In this document: positions 10,847 through 21,813 of the stretch, piece after piece
Position numbering within the stretch: the first letter of the stretch is position 1
Layout: each line of letters opens with the position of its first letter
Source: Saprolegnia diclina VS20
Taxonomy: Eukaryota
Direction of reading: 5' to 3'
Length of the DNA: 52,664 nt
NCBI RefSeq assembly: GCF_000281045.1
Contig: NW_008246074.1
Location: forward strand, 237,217-289,880
The notes under the pieces: model-generated
What the model was told of the DNA's origin: nothing
The model's input: the letters and a program-made list of their open reading frames with translations, nothing else
Databases searched by the model: none
Position numbers and translations under genes: made by a program

Positions 10847-11782
10847 ATGCTGGCGCCAGGTACGCGCCATGCCCACCTCGCTTCTTGGACGCCGCCGTTC
10901 AATGCACCTCGTCTTGTAGATTCGCCAGTCGCATCCCTCGTGCGAGTGCAGCCTTTGTGCCGGCGCGACCGGTTCTCGACGACCGAGCTCGTCAAGAAGG
11001 CGCAGCAGTTCTCGCCCGTGCTCGCGCGCGGCTTCAGCACCGGCAACATTGCCATTGTCGACAAGCGCAGCTGGCTCGAAGTCTGCGACCGCAAGCACCG
11101 GTACGGCGCCAACCTCCGCGCGTACTACAAGGCATGGAAGCACCGCGATGGCCCCAAGCCCGACTTTTGGGAGTGGCTCAGCGACGAGTCGGTCGAAGTC
11201 GAGGGCGTCCCGCGCGCCAAGCTCGAGAAGGAGACTGTGCTCTACTATGACAAGACGGAGCGTCAAAAGTACGCCCTCGACATTCGGTATGGACTGCTGC
11301 ATGCGTCCTGCACCCAAGCGTTGATTGACACAGGCGAGGAGGGCTGGATTTTCGTCCTTCGGGACGGCGTCCTCTATGGCTCTGCCAAAGTCACCAAGCA
11401 GGTGCCACGCATCCACCACACGAGCTTTGTGGGCGGTGAGTGCGTCCAGACCGCCGGCATCCTCGTCATTGCGCAAGGGGTGCTCACGACCATTTACCCG
11501 CACAGCGGCCATTACCGCCCGTCGGAAAGCGAAGTGCTTTTGCTCTTGCGCTTCTTGCAAGCGAAAGGCGTCCGCCTCCAAGACGTCCGCGTCGACGTCC
11601 AGCGCTTTCAAAAGGTCTCGCGCGAGCGCGCCTCGGTCGCCAAGGTCAGCAAGATGGCGAATGCGTATTTCTGGCCAGCGCTCGACGTGCTCCAGTTCCT
11701 GGACGCCAAGGAAAAGGCGTGGGCCGGCACCCTCTTTGACGACATTGAAATCGCCGCCAAGAACCGACCGGGCGCCGTGTGA
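10847..11782 (+). CDS. IQM-like protein, copy 2 (paralog of 7007-8041)
   Basis: Near-identical core GFSTGNIAIVDKRSWLEVCDRKHRYGANLRAYY...HHTSFVGG...YPHSGHYRPSE. First in-frame ATG at 10847. Confidence 0.8.
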   Translation: MLAPGTRHAHLASWTPPFNAPRLVDSPVASLVRVQPLCRRDRFSTTELVKKAQQFSPVLARGFSTGNIAIVDKRSWLEVCDRKHRYGANLRAYYKAWKHRDGPKPDFWEWLSDESVEVEGVPRAKLEKETVLYYDKTERQKYALDIRYGLLHASCTQALIDTGEEGWIFVLRDGVLYGSAKVTKQVPRIHHTSFVGGECVQTAGILVIAQGVLTTIYPHSGHYRPSESEVLLLLRFLQAKGVRLQDVRVDVQRFQKVSRERASVAKVSKMANAYFWPALDVLQFLDAKEKAWAGTLFDDIEIAAKNRPGAV

Positions 11783-12363
11783 GCCACGACTATTTACACG
11801 CCACGAATCTATTAACTATCTAATCCTTGAGCTACATTTTCTTTTGGAGGCTGCTCGAGGGGACAATTGCGCGAGCGTGACTGCACAAGCTCTCATGCTT
11901 GGCTCGGCCCTTGGTGCGTGTCTGATACGACAGGTGACCTCCTCTGTCGCACGCTGACCCACGACCTCGAGCGCATCGAGTAGTCGAAGAGGGCCGCCCT
12001 GTGAAAGACCCGTAGGTAGTAGAAGGGTGCTCTACTGCCACTTTTTGAACGAGAGACCCGCTGGCGGCTCCGATGAAGAGGTCTGCAACCGAGATCGTGA
12101 TCCAGCATGCCGAGTCGATTGATCCTGCGTCTCGTCGGGCTTGATGCCACGCAGCAACTGGGCGTAGGACTATGTGGTTCTGGTCTGCGTCGTGTACTAC
12201 AACATGACCGACTCGAACCAGCCAGTGTCAATCTTGGCGCGTACGGAGAAATTGGCGCTCGCTGTCCTGAGTGTCTCGTCGCCAACGTTGTCAGAATGCA
12301 TGTTCATGGATTACACTGTACTACGACGCGGAGTCTCTGCGCCGCGAGACGAAGGAGTTTTGC

Positions 12364-13350
12364 TCAGTTGCGCAGACCTTTTTTGACGGCCTTGGCCCAG
12401 TCGTTGCGCACAAACCACGCAATAAGAACCATAAGCGGAAAGAGCAGCACATCGAGGGCCCAGTTGGTGCGCGGCATCAAGCCCGACGTAGCGACGCCGA
12501 GAAGTCGGATACCGAGGTCGCCGCAGTACATGCTGTACTCACCGTTCTGGAGGTCCCGCAAGATCGACTTGGCCACGGCCTCGGGCGTATACAGCGTGTC
12601 GTTGGCTTCAATGGCCTTGCACTCAGTAGGCTTGGTAAGCATCTCCGCCGCGTACCCGGGCGTGTCCATCTGACCAGGGAACGCAATGTGCACCGAGATG
12701 CCCGACCCCACGAGTTCGTTATGAAGACACTCGGCGAGACCGCGGACCGCGTACTTGCTCGGCGAGTAGGCTGCGTATCCCACGTAGGTCGCGAGGGCCG
12801 CGCCCGATGTGATAAAGACGATCGAGCCGCGCGCGCGCTCCCGCATACCCGGCAAGACTGCATCGACCGTGTTGAGCGTGCCAAAGTAGTTGAGGTCCAG
12901 CGCCGCCTTGTGTTCGTCGAGCGAGATTTCGTCAAACTTGGCCGTCACAGCCTTGCCAGCAACAGGAAACAGAATCTCGATCGGGCCAAACACGGTCTCG
13001 GCCTGGACAACGGCCGACTGCACCGACGCCGCATCGCGCGTGTCGGCCGATTGGTACGCAATGCGGCCGCGGCCCGGCGTCGCGCTCTTCTGCGCCTCGT
13101 CGACGACGGCTTGGAGCTTGTCGACGCTGCGTGCCACGATCGTGACGTCGGCACCGGCGTCAACGAGCCGGAGCGCGAGCGCGCGGCCGAGGCCTTGGCT
13201 GCCGCCCGTGATCAAGACGTGCTTGCCGGCGTACGACGGGTGGAGCTTGGTCGGCGGCAGAAGCGCGAGCACGAGCGCTACCAGCACATAGAGAGCGAAA
13301 GGCGCCGCAAAGACGAGGAAGAGGACGAGGAAGACCGTCGTGTCCGACAT
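12364..13350 (-). CDS. KDSR: 3-ketodihydrosphingosine reductase (KDSR/TSC10-like SDR), copy 1
   Basis: N-terminal TM, HVLITGGSQGLG, LNYFGT, YSPSKYAVRGLAE, FPGQMDTPGY..E...KP. Confidence 0.85.
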   Translation of the reverse strand: MSDTTVFLVLFLVFAAPFALYVLVALVLALLPPTKLHPSYAGKHVLITGGSQGLGRALALRLVDAGADVTIVARSVDKLQAVVDEAQKSATPGRGRIAYQSADTRDAASVQSAVVQAETVFGPIEILFPVAGKAVTAKFDEISLDEHKAALDLNYFGTLNTVDAVLPGMRERARGSIVFITSGAALATYVGYAAYSPSKYAVRGLAECLHNELVGSGISVHIAFPGQMDTPGYAAEMLTKPTECKAIEANDTLYTPEAVAKSILRDLQNGEYSMYCGDLGIRLLGVATSGLMPRTNWALDVLLFPLMVLIAWFVRNDWAKAVKKGLRN

Positions 13351-13532
13351 GGTGCAAACTGGAGTCTGGTTGCACTCCAGGCGTCAGTTCTGATTTGGTT
13401 TTCGTATGGCATACACAAACGTAGAGGGTGGACGACCAATCGTGGCACGCCAGGGACGCTGCATGGGGTTGTCACGGCTGGACACGAGCTTCCCATGATT
13501 CTCGTCGCTCACGGCGAGCAAGACGAACGGAC

Positions 13533-14203
13533 NNNNNNNNNNNNNNNNNNNNNNNNNNNNNNNNNNNNNNNNNNNNNNNNNNNNNNNNNNNNNNNNNNNN
13601 NNNNNNNNNNNNNNNNNNNNNNNNNNNNNNNNNNNNNNNNNNNNNNNNNNNNNNNNNNNNNNNNNNNNNNNNNNNNNNNNNNNNNNNNNNNNNNNNNNNN
13701 NNNNNNNNNNNNNNNNNNNNNNNNNNNNNNNNNNNNNNNNNNNNNNNNNNNNNNNNNNNNNNNNNNNNNNNNNNNNNNNNNNNNNNNNNNNNNNNNNNNN
13801 NNNNNNNNNNNNNNNNNNNNNNNNNNNNNNNNNNNNNNNNNNNNNNNNNNNNNNNNNNNNNNNNNNNNNNNNNNNNNNNNNNNNNNNNNNNNNNNNNNNN
13901 NNNNNNNNNNNNNNNNNNNNNNNNNNNNNNNNNNNNNNNNNNNNNNNNNNNNNNNNNNNNNNNNNNNNNNNNNNNNNNNNNNNNNNNNNNNNNNNNNNNN
14001 NNNNNNNNNNNNNNNNNNNNNNNNNNNNNNNNNNNNNNNNNNNNNNNNNNNNNNNNNNNNNNNNNNNNNNNNNNNNNNNNNNNNNNNNNNNNNNNNNNNN
14101 NNNNNNNNNNNNNNNNNNNNNNNNNNNNNNNNNNNNNNNNNNNNNNNNNNNNNNNNNNNNNNNNNNNNNNNNNNNNNNNNNNNNNNNNNNNNNNNNNNNN
14201 NNN
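13533..14203. other. Assembly gap (671 N)
   Basis: Run of N between the two divergent KDSR copies. Confidence 1.
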
Positions 14204-14250
14204 TTACCATCCTCCAAGACTGCAAATGAGTTTTCAGTTCAGTATTTGCC

Positions 14251-15261
14251 ATGTCCGAAACACTCTTTGTCGTTCTCTTCCTCGTCTTTGCCGGCCCTTT
14301 CGCAGCCTACGTCGTCGCTGCTCTCGTGCTCTATCTGCGTCCGGCCTCTAAGAAGCTCTACCCCACCTTCAAGAACAAACACGCCTTTGTCGCCGGTGGC
14401 AGCCTCGGCCTCGGCCGCGCACTCGCGCTCCAGCTCGTCGCCGCCGGTGCCAACGTCACCATCATTGCGCCATTCAGCGATGAGCTCCAAGACGCCGTGC
14501 AAGAAGCGCAGGCCAGCGCGACGCCCGAGCACGGCGCCATCCACAGCATCGTCGCCGACATGCGCGACGCAGTGTCGATCCAAGCGGCCATCCACGACGC
14601 CGAGACCCACTTGGGTCCCATCGCGATTCTCTTTACGGTCGCTGGCAAGGCCGTGACGGCCAAGCTCCACGACGTCTCGCTCGACGAGCACAAGCACGCG
14701 CTGGACCTCAACTACTTTGGCACGCTCAACACGGTGTACGCTGCGTTGCCTGGTATGCGGGCGCGCCAGCGCGGGTCGATCGTCTTCATTGCCAGCGGCG
14801 CGGCCCTCGCGAGCTACGTGGGATATGCCGCCTATTCACCGAGCAAGTACGCCGTCCGCGGCCTCGCTGAGTGTCTTCACAGCGAACTCGTGGGGTCGGG
14901 CGTCTCGGTGCACATTGCGTACCCTGGCCAGATGGACACGCCCGGGTACGCGATCGAAAACGTAACCAAGCCCGCCGAGTGCAAGACCATTGAAGCCAAC
15001 GACACGCTGCACACGCCCGAGGCTGTGGCCACGTCGATCTTGCGGGACCTTCAGAACGGCGTGTACAACATGTATTGCGGCGACGTCATGTTGCGTCTTC
15101 TTGGTAGCGTGTCATCGGGCTTGATGCCACGCAACAACTGGGCTTTGGACGTGCTGATGTTTCCGATCCTCGTCCTGACGGCGTGGATCGTTCGCACTGA
15201 CTGGGCCAAGATCGTCCAAAAGCACCGATTGGACAAGACTGACTCGTACCAGCAAGCATAA
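14251..15261 (+). CDS. KDSR: KDSR/TSC10-like SDR, copy 2 (inverted paralog)
   Basis: Collinear with copy 1: VAGGSLGLG, YSPSKYAVRGLAE, YPGQMDTPGY. Confidence 0.82.
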   Translation: MSETLFVVLFLVFAGPFAAYVVAALVLYLRPASKKLYPTFKNKHAFVAGGSLGLGRALALQLVAAGANVTIIAPFSDELQDAVQEAQASATPEHGAIHSIVADMRDAVSIQAAIHDAETHLGPIAILFTVAGKAVTAKLHDVSLDEHKHALDLNYFGTLNTVYAALPGMRARQRGSIVFIASGAALASYVGYAAYSPSKYAVRGLAECLHSELVGSGVSVHIAYPGQMDTPGYAIENVTKPAECKTIEANDTLHTPEAVATSILRDLQNGVYNMYCGDVMLRLLGSVSSGLMPRNNWALDVLMFPILVLTAWIVRTDWAKIVQKHRLDKTDSYQQA

Positions 15262-15997
15262 GCGTTCACGAGTGGTCCCAAGGAAGCCGTTGTTGCATCG
15301 AGATAGCGAAAATAACATTTTGAATAGTCAACCGATGGGACCCTTACCTCTCTCGTCGGTCGTGGAGGATAGATGGCGCCGAAGCAGCCACAGCACGATG
15401 GCGTGTGTTGTGTGTTTATTGGCTGGAAGCACCCTGATGCTGGTAGATTCGCTTGGACGGATAGAGTTGGTCATTATCGCGCAGGTGATACACAGTTAGT
15501 TGCTCATACTGACTGGTGGTGCTCCCATGATGGAGCCATCGTAAATGCCAGCAGTGCTAACGACTGAGATCGTCGCATCAAGTATGTATAAATTCGCGGC
15601 TTGGGCAAGAGTATGGCGGGACGAGCAGCGACTTGCGGTGATCACTGATCGGCCCGGCGTGCGTCGGATCGACGCCATCAATGCGGCGACGTGTGGATGC
15701 GTTGGACCGGTACGTTCGCCGTCAAGACGAGCTCTACTGATGACAGCTCGAGCTCGGCCGCGAGGGCAAAGAAGTGGCGGCCAGATATGGATACATCGAC
15801 ATGCGTCGGTATGGATCCGCGTGGTCGAAATTATCGAATTTGGCGCCAACCGTATCCGGTCCTTTTTGTGGGGCCGTCGAAGCGCGCGGTTTTGAAACCG
15901 GTCATCCCGTTTGAATTTTGACCAATCACGGTGGCCAATTCTGCCCAGCACCATATTTTCAATTTTGAATCCAAGGGACGAGGAAGCGACGACCAAG

Positions 15998-18900
15998 ATG
16001 GAGGTACGACGATCGATAGCCGCGCGGCCGAGGAAGAGACCGTGCTCATGCCCATCTTCTTCCATGGTGCGTAGAAGAAGCCCAAGGGAAAGACCAAGGC
16101 GAAGAAGGCCGACTCGTCCGAGGACGACTACTCGGGCGCGTCGTCGGGGGACGAAGCCCCGGCCCGGGGCGGCCTCACGGTCGAGCAGATCTACCAGAAG
16201 AAGACGCAGCTCGAGCACATCCTCTTGCGCCCCGACACGTACGGTACGTTGATCCGATGCCATGACGCAATGGCTCACGCATGCTTGCAGTCGGGTCCAT
16301 CGAGCCTGTGACGCAGAACATGTGGGTCTTCGACTCGGAAGAGAAAAAGATGGTCAACAAGAAGATCACGATCTGCCCGGGCCTCTACAAGATCTTTGAC
16401 GAGATCATCGTGAACGCGTGCGACAACAAGCAGCGGGACAAGTCGATGGACGCGTTGAAGGTCACGTTCAACCAGGAGACGGGCGCGATCAGCGTCTGGA
16501 ACAACGGCAAGGGGATTCCCGTCGTCATGCACAAGGAGCACAACGTCTACGTCCCGGAGCTCATCTTTGGCCACTTGCTCACGGGCAGCAACTTTGACGA
16601 CAAGAAGAAGAAGACGACGGGCGGCCGGAACGGGTACGGCGCCAAGCTCGCCAACATCTTCTCGACCGAGTTTGTGGTCGAGACAGCCAGCAAAGAGGAT
16701 GGAAAGCGCTACCGCCAAGTGTTTCAGAACAACATGAGCGTCAAGGGCGCGCCGACGATCACGTCGTGGTCCAAGAAGGACTTTACGTGCATTACGTTCA
16801 CGCCCGACTTTGCCCGCTTCCAAATGACGGGCCTCGACGACGACATCATCTCGCTCTTCAAGAAGCGCGTCTACGACATTGCAGGCGTCACGGACAAGAG
16901 CTTGAGCGTGTACTTGAACGAAGAGAAGATCGAGGTCAAGACATTCCCGCAGTACATTGGCATGTATAACCCGGTCGAGGTCGTCTTTGACAAAGCCGAC
17001 GAGCGCTGGCAAGTGGGCGTCGGCGTCAGCGACGACGGCTTCCAGCAAGTGAGTTTTGTCAACGGCATTTGCACGACCAAGGGCGGTCAGCACGTCAACT
17101 ACATCGCCGACCAAATCGCTACGAAGCTCAGCGCCACGATCAAGAAGAAAAACAAGGGCGAGGCCGTCAAGCCCGCGCTCATCAAGAACAACATGTGCAT
17201 CTACGTCAGCGCGCTCATCGACAACCCCGCGTTCGACTCGCAGGTACACGCCCTTGCATTCTTGACGATAAGATATACATCTCTTGGTAGACCAAAGAGA
17301 CACTGACGACGCGCGCCAATGCGTTTGGGTCGACGTTCACGCTCAGCGACAAGTTCCTCAAGCAAGGTACGCCATGTCTTTTCAACGCCTCGTGACACGT
17401 CATGTAGTCGAGAAGACGTCGCTTGTCGAGCGCATTCTGTCGTTTGCCAAGTACAAGCAGACGGCAGAGCTCCAGCGCGCAGCCGGTGGCGGCAAGAAAA
17501 AACGCCTCACTGGCATCACGAAGCTCGACGATGCCAACTTTGCCGGTGGTGCCAAGGGCCACCTGTGCACCTTGATCTTGACGGAAGGTGACTCGGCCAA
17601 AGCGCTCGCGATGAGTGGTCTGTCGGTGGTCGGACGTGACTATTACGGCGTCTTTCCGCTCCGCGGTAAATTGCTCAACGTCCGTGAAGCCGCGCACTCG
17701 GTCATCAAGAAGAACGAAGAAGTCTCAAGCATCATCGAAATCTTGGGCCTCGCCTACGACAAGCAGTACGAGTCGACAAAGAACCTCCGCTACGGCCGCC
17801 TCATGATCATGGCCGATCAAGATCACGATGGCAGCCACATCAAGGGTCTCGTGATCAACTTCATCCACAACTACTGGCCATCGCTCATGGGCATTGACGA
17901 CTTTGTCCAAGAGTTCATTACACCCATCATCAAAGCGACCAAGGTACATGTACCTATATGCACTGTCCATCGCTCAATCAGCGCGTGTAGGGCAACCGTG
18001 TCCAGGCCTTTTACACGATGCCAGAGTACGAACATTGGCGCGAGAGCACTAACAATGGTCGTGGCTGGGACATCAAGTACTATAAGGGTCTCGGAACGAG
18101 CACGGCCAAGGAAGCCAAGGAGTACTTCTCAGACCTGAACAAGCACCGGATCGCGTTCAAGTACGACGGCCCGGCGGACGACGACGCAATCGAAATGGCG
18201 TTCTCCAAGAAGCGCATTGAAGACCGCAAGGAGTGGTTGCGAGCCTTTGTGCCGGGGACGCACATCGACTACGACGTGCAAAATATGGGCTACGCCGAGT
18301 ACGGTTCCTATAACGTGTCGCGTCGATCCTGACACCGTTTACTTTGACCTAGCTTTGTCAACAAGGAACTCATCCTGTTCTCGATGGCCGACAACATCCG
18401 GTCGATTCCGTCGGTGGTCGATGGCTTCAAGCCCTCGCAGCGCAAGATTCTCTTTTCTTGCTTCAAACGCAACCTCAAGGTGCACCTTTCATTCTTTGTC
18501 AAGAGCCCAAATCCACAATCGTTGCGTAGAAAGAAATCAAGGTCGCGCAGTTGGCTGGGTACGTCTCGGAGCATTCGGCGTACCACCACGGCGAAGCGAG
18601 CTTGCACGGCACGATCATCAACATGGCCCAAGACTTTGTCGGGAGCAACAACCTCCACTTGCTCTCGCCCAACGGCCAGTTTGGTACGCGCTTGAAGGGT
18701 GGCAAGGACGCGGCCAGTGCTCGTTACGTCTTCACGAAGTTGGAGACGCTCACGCGTCTGGTCTATCACCCGCTCGACGACAGCGTGCTCAACTACTTGG
18801 AAGAAGAAGGCCTCTCGATTGAGCCCGAGTGGTATATGCCGATTATCCCCATGGCGCTCGTCAACGGCAGCGACGGTATCGGGACTGGCTGGTCGTGCAG

Positions 18901-20835
18901 TATTCCGAACTACAACCCCGCCGACATCATTGCCAACATCCGTCGCCGCCTTCAAGCCGAGCCAATGCAGTCCATGCAACCTTGGTACCGCGGCTTCACG
19001 GGGGCCATTCTCCAGAAGGGCACAAGCGACAACTTTTTGGTCCAAGGTCGCTACGAGGTTGTGAACGAGTCGACTCTCGTCATTAGCGAGCTGCCCGTCA
19101 AGACTTGGACTCAGTCCTACAAGAAGATCCTAGAGAAGCAACTCGAGACGAACAAGATCAAGGACTTCAAGGAGAACCACACGGACACGACGGTGCTCTT
19201 TACAATCTCGATGGAGCCCGCCACGCTGGCCGCGCTTCAGCAAGATCCGAACGGCATTCTCAAGGAGTTCAAGCTCGAGACGTCAATTGCGACATCAAAC
19301 ATGCACATGTTTGACGCGGCGGGCCAGATCAAGCACTACAAGTCGCCGCTCGAGATCATCGAGGAGTTTTACATGCTCCGCATCGACTTTTACGGTCGGC
19401 GCAAGGTCGCGATCCTCAAGAAGCTCGACGTCGAGATCATGGCTCTCTCCAACAAAGTCCGCTTCATCACGGCCGTCATTGAAGGTAGCCTTGTCGTCAA
19501 CAACCGCAAGAAGAAGGAGCTCCTCGAAGAGCTCCGGCGCTTGAAGTACGACCCAATGCCTAAGAAGAAGGTCATTAAGGCCGCGGGGAACCCCGACCAA
19601 GACGATGACGAAGAAGAGGAGGACGCTGGTCAGGGAAATGTCTCGGCGGGGTACAATGACGATGATCGTGCTATGGATTGTGACTCATGTGGTATATGTA
19701 GCGACTATGATTACTTGCTCTCGATGGCGCTTTGGAGTTTGACGGCGGAGCGTGTCGAAAATCTCCGCAACGACCTCTACTCCAAGGAAGCCGAACGCGA
19801 CACGATCTTTGCAACGCCGCTCGAGTCTATGTGGCTTGCGGATCTGGACGCGCTCGAAGCCGGCCTTGCGGGTCACGAGACGGCTCGCCTCGCACAAGAA
19901 GCGGCGGCGCTCAAGCAAGCCAAGAAGGGCGGCGCCACGATCAAGCGCGCACCGGCAAAGAAGGCGAAGCGCAAGGCCGATGATTCGGACGCTGACGACT
20001 CGGGGTCGGACTTTGAAGTGAAGGTGGCCAAGGCGAAGGCTCCACCAAAAAAGAAGGCGGCTGTTGCTGCTGGCGACAAGCCCGTCGCCAAGGACAAGCA
20101 GGTGAGGCCCAAGGCCGAGCCCAAGGCTAAGGCGCAGCCCAAGGCCAAAGCAGAGCCAAAGGCCAAAGCGGAGTCGAAAGCCAAAGCCATGACGCAGACG
20201 ACGCTTGCCGGCTTTACCGCGACTGACACTAAGCCTGCGAAGGAGGAAAAGCCCGTCAAGGCCAAGGCAGTCAAGCCGGCGGCGCCCAAGGCCAAGTTGC
20301 TGGACAAGAAGCGGGAGAAGGAAGAGTCCAGCGACGACGACGGGGAAGTGCTGTCGCTCTTTGAGCGGTTGCAGCGACGGAAGGAAGCGGAAGCGGCGAA
20401 AGCTGCTGCGCCGGCCTCGACGACGGCAACCGCGGCTAGTGAGGAGGACAGCGACGATGAGGTGACCATTGTTGCCAAGCCCGCGGCAGCAAAGCCGAAA
20501 GCTGCTGCCAAGCCCCGAGGTTCGTCCATTCGTTCCGCATCTTCCTCCATTAACTTTGACGTGTTGTAGCTCCTGCGGCCAAGAAGGCAGCCGAGCCCAA
20601 GGCCATGACAGCCAAGCCGGCGGCTAAAAAGTCAAGGAACGTGCTCGACGACTCGAGCGACAATGGTGGTGACAGCGAAGACGATGTCGAGATGACGCCT
20701 GTTGCACCCCGCGCGCGACCAGGCCGCGCCGCCGTCAAGCCTGTCGTATACAACGTGTCGTCGGCCGAGGACAATGAAGACGACGACGATGACGCCGCCA
20801 GCGACTTTGACATGGCCGGCGACGACTCGGACTAA
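15998..20835 (+). CDS. TOP2: DNA topoisomerase II (about 10 exons)
   Basis: YQKKTQLEHILLRPDTY, IFDEIIVNA, GGRNGYGAKL, LTEGDSA, PLRGK, MADQDHDGSH, YYKGLGTS, YHHGE, active-site SARYVFT; Lys/Ala/acidic C-terminal tail. Approximate introns: 16004-16074, 16244-16290, 17244-17290, 17366-17408, 17944-17990, 18299-18351, 18480-18528, 19650-19701, 20520-20569. Confidence 0.97.
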
Positions 20836-20938
20836 ATTGCCTTCCTCCATGTGATGCATTTGCTACCTGCTTGAAATGGTTCTCTTGCGTGCAGTATGGA
20901 GTCTCGTACGCATAGAATTAGTCGATTTAGATAGGCCT

Positions 20939-21448
20939 CTAGTAGACGCGCTTGTACTTTTCTTTCCGCTCGGCGCGCTTGACCTGCATCGTCGAGCGCG
21001 TCTTGACCTTGCCCGAGTAGTTTTCGCTCTTTTCCTTTTCCTTTTCGCTGCGTTGGCGCGCCCGGCGCGACTGGTTGCGACCTTTCGCCTTGCCGCCGGC
21101 CGTGGCCTTGGGCGTAAAGTACTCGTCGTTCTCGGTCGCAAACGCCCCGACGGCCTGCGAAAACGCCGACTCGATGACCGGCGCGTTCTGCTTTTGCTCT
21201 TTCGCCAAGGCGGCTTGGCGCAAATGCATCTCTTCCTGCGCCTTCTCGTGCTTGCGCTGCGCGAGGAGGTCCCGCGCCGACGACTTGAGAACGACGTCGC
21301 CGTTGGCGTCCGTCTGCAGCTGGAGGTCGAGCGACGTGAACGCCGACAGGATCGTCTTGCGCTCCGAGATGACGCTGTCGCCCGGCGAGCTCGCGGGCGC
21401 CAGCGCCCCGGACGCGGCCAAGAACGCGCTCAAGCTGGACATCGACAT
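20939..21448 (-). CDS. Hypothetical protein with basic helical C-terminus (weakly Alb1/Ecm1-like)
   Basis: ATG 21448, 169-aa ORF with coding-like codon bias, ending RRARQRSEKEKEKSENYSGKVKTRSTMQVKRAERKEKYKRVY. The family guess is by eye only. Confidence 0.6.
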   Translation of the reverse strand: MSMSSLSAFLAASGALAPASSPGDSVISERKTILSAFTSLDLQLQTDANGDVVLKSSARDLLAQRKHEKAQEEMHLRQAALAKEQKQNAPVIESAFSQAVGAFATENDEYFTPKATAGGKAKGRNQSRRARQRSEKEKEKSENYSGKVKTRSTMQVKRAERKEKYKRVY

Positions 21449-21813
21449 GGTCGCGACAAGTGCAAACTCAAAATGCGTTCTTCCACTTGTTAAAACGGAC
21501 GCTGATTGGTGGACACGTCGAGTCAATGGCCAATCAAAACAGCGGATGGCGTCGCCATTGACTAACCGGACAGCATCCTGGCCGACGAAGACGGCGATGA
21601 TGACTTGTACAGGTCCTGCGCGCTCCTTCATCACAGACGCATGCGAACAAGTGGGATGACAAGGTACATATGCGGGAACACGTCGCAGCAAGGGCAATCG
21701 ATTCGCTTGGAATGGCAGCCTGCGAGATTGAGACAGATTCGATAATGTACTAGTCGATGGATCGACTACCCTCTGGCGGCTTAGTCGTTTTCGGTACCAA
21801 AAAGCGCAGCAGC

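Noticed and set aside
12271..14351. Long ORFs spanning the N run
   Set aside because: Artefacts of Ns lacking stop codons, combined with antisense shadows of KDSR.
20105..20190. KAEPKA-type repeat
   Set aside because: Low-complexity TOP2 C-terminal tail.
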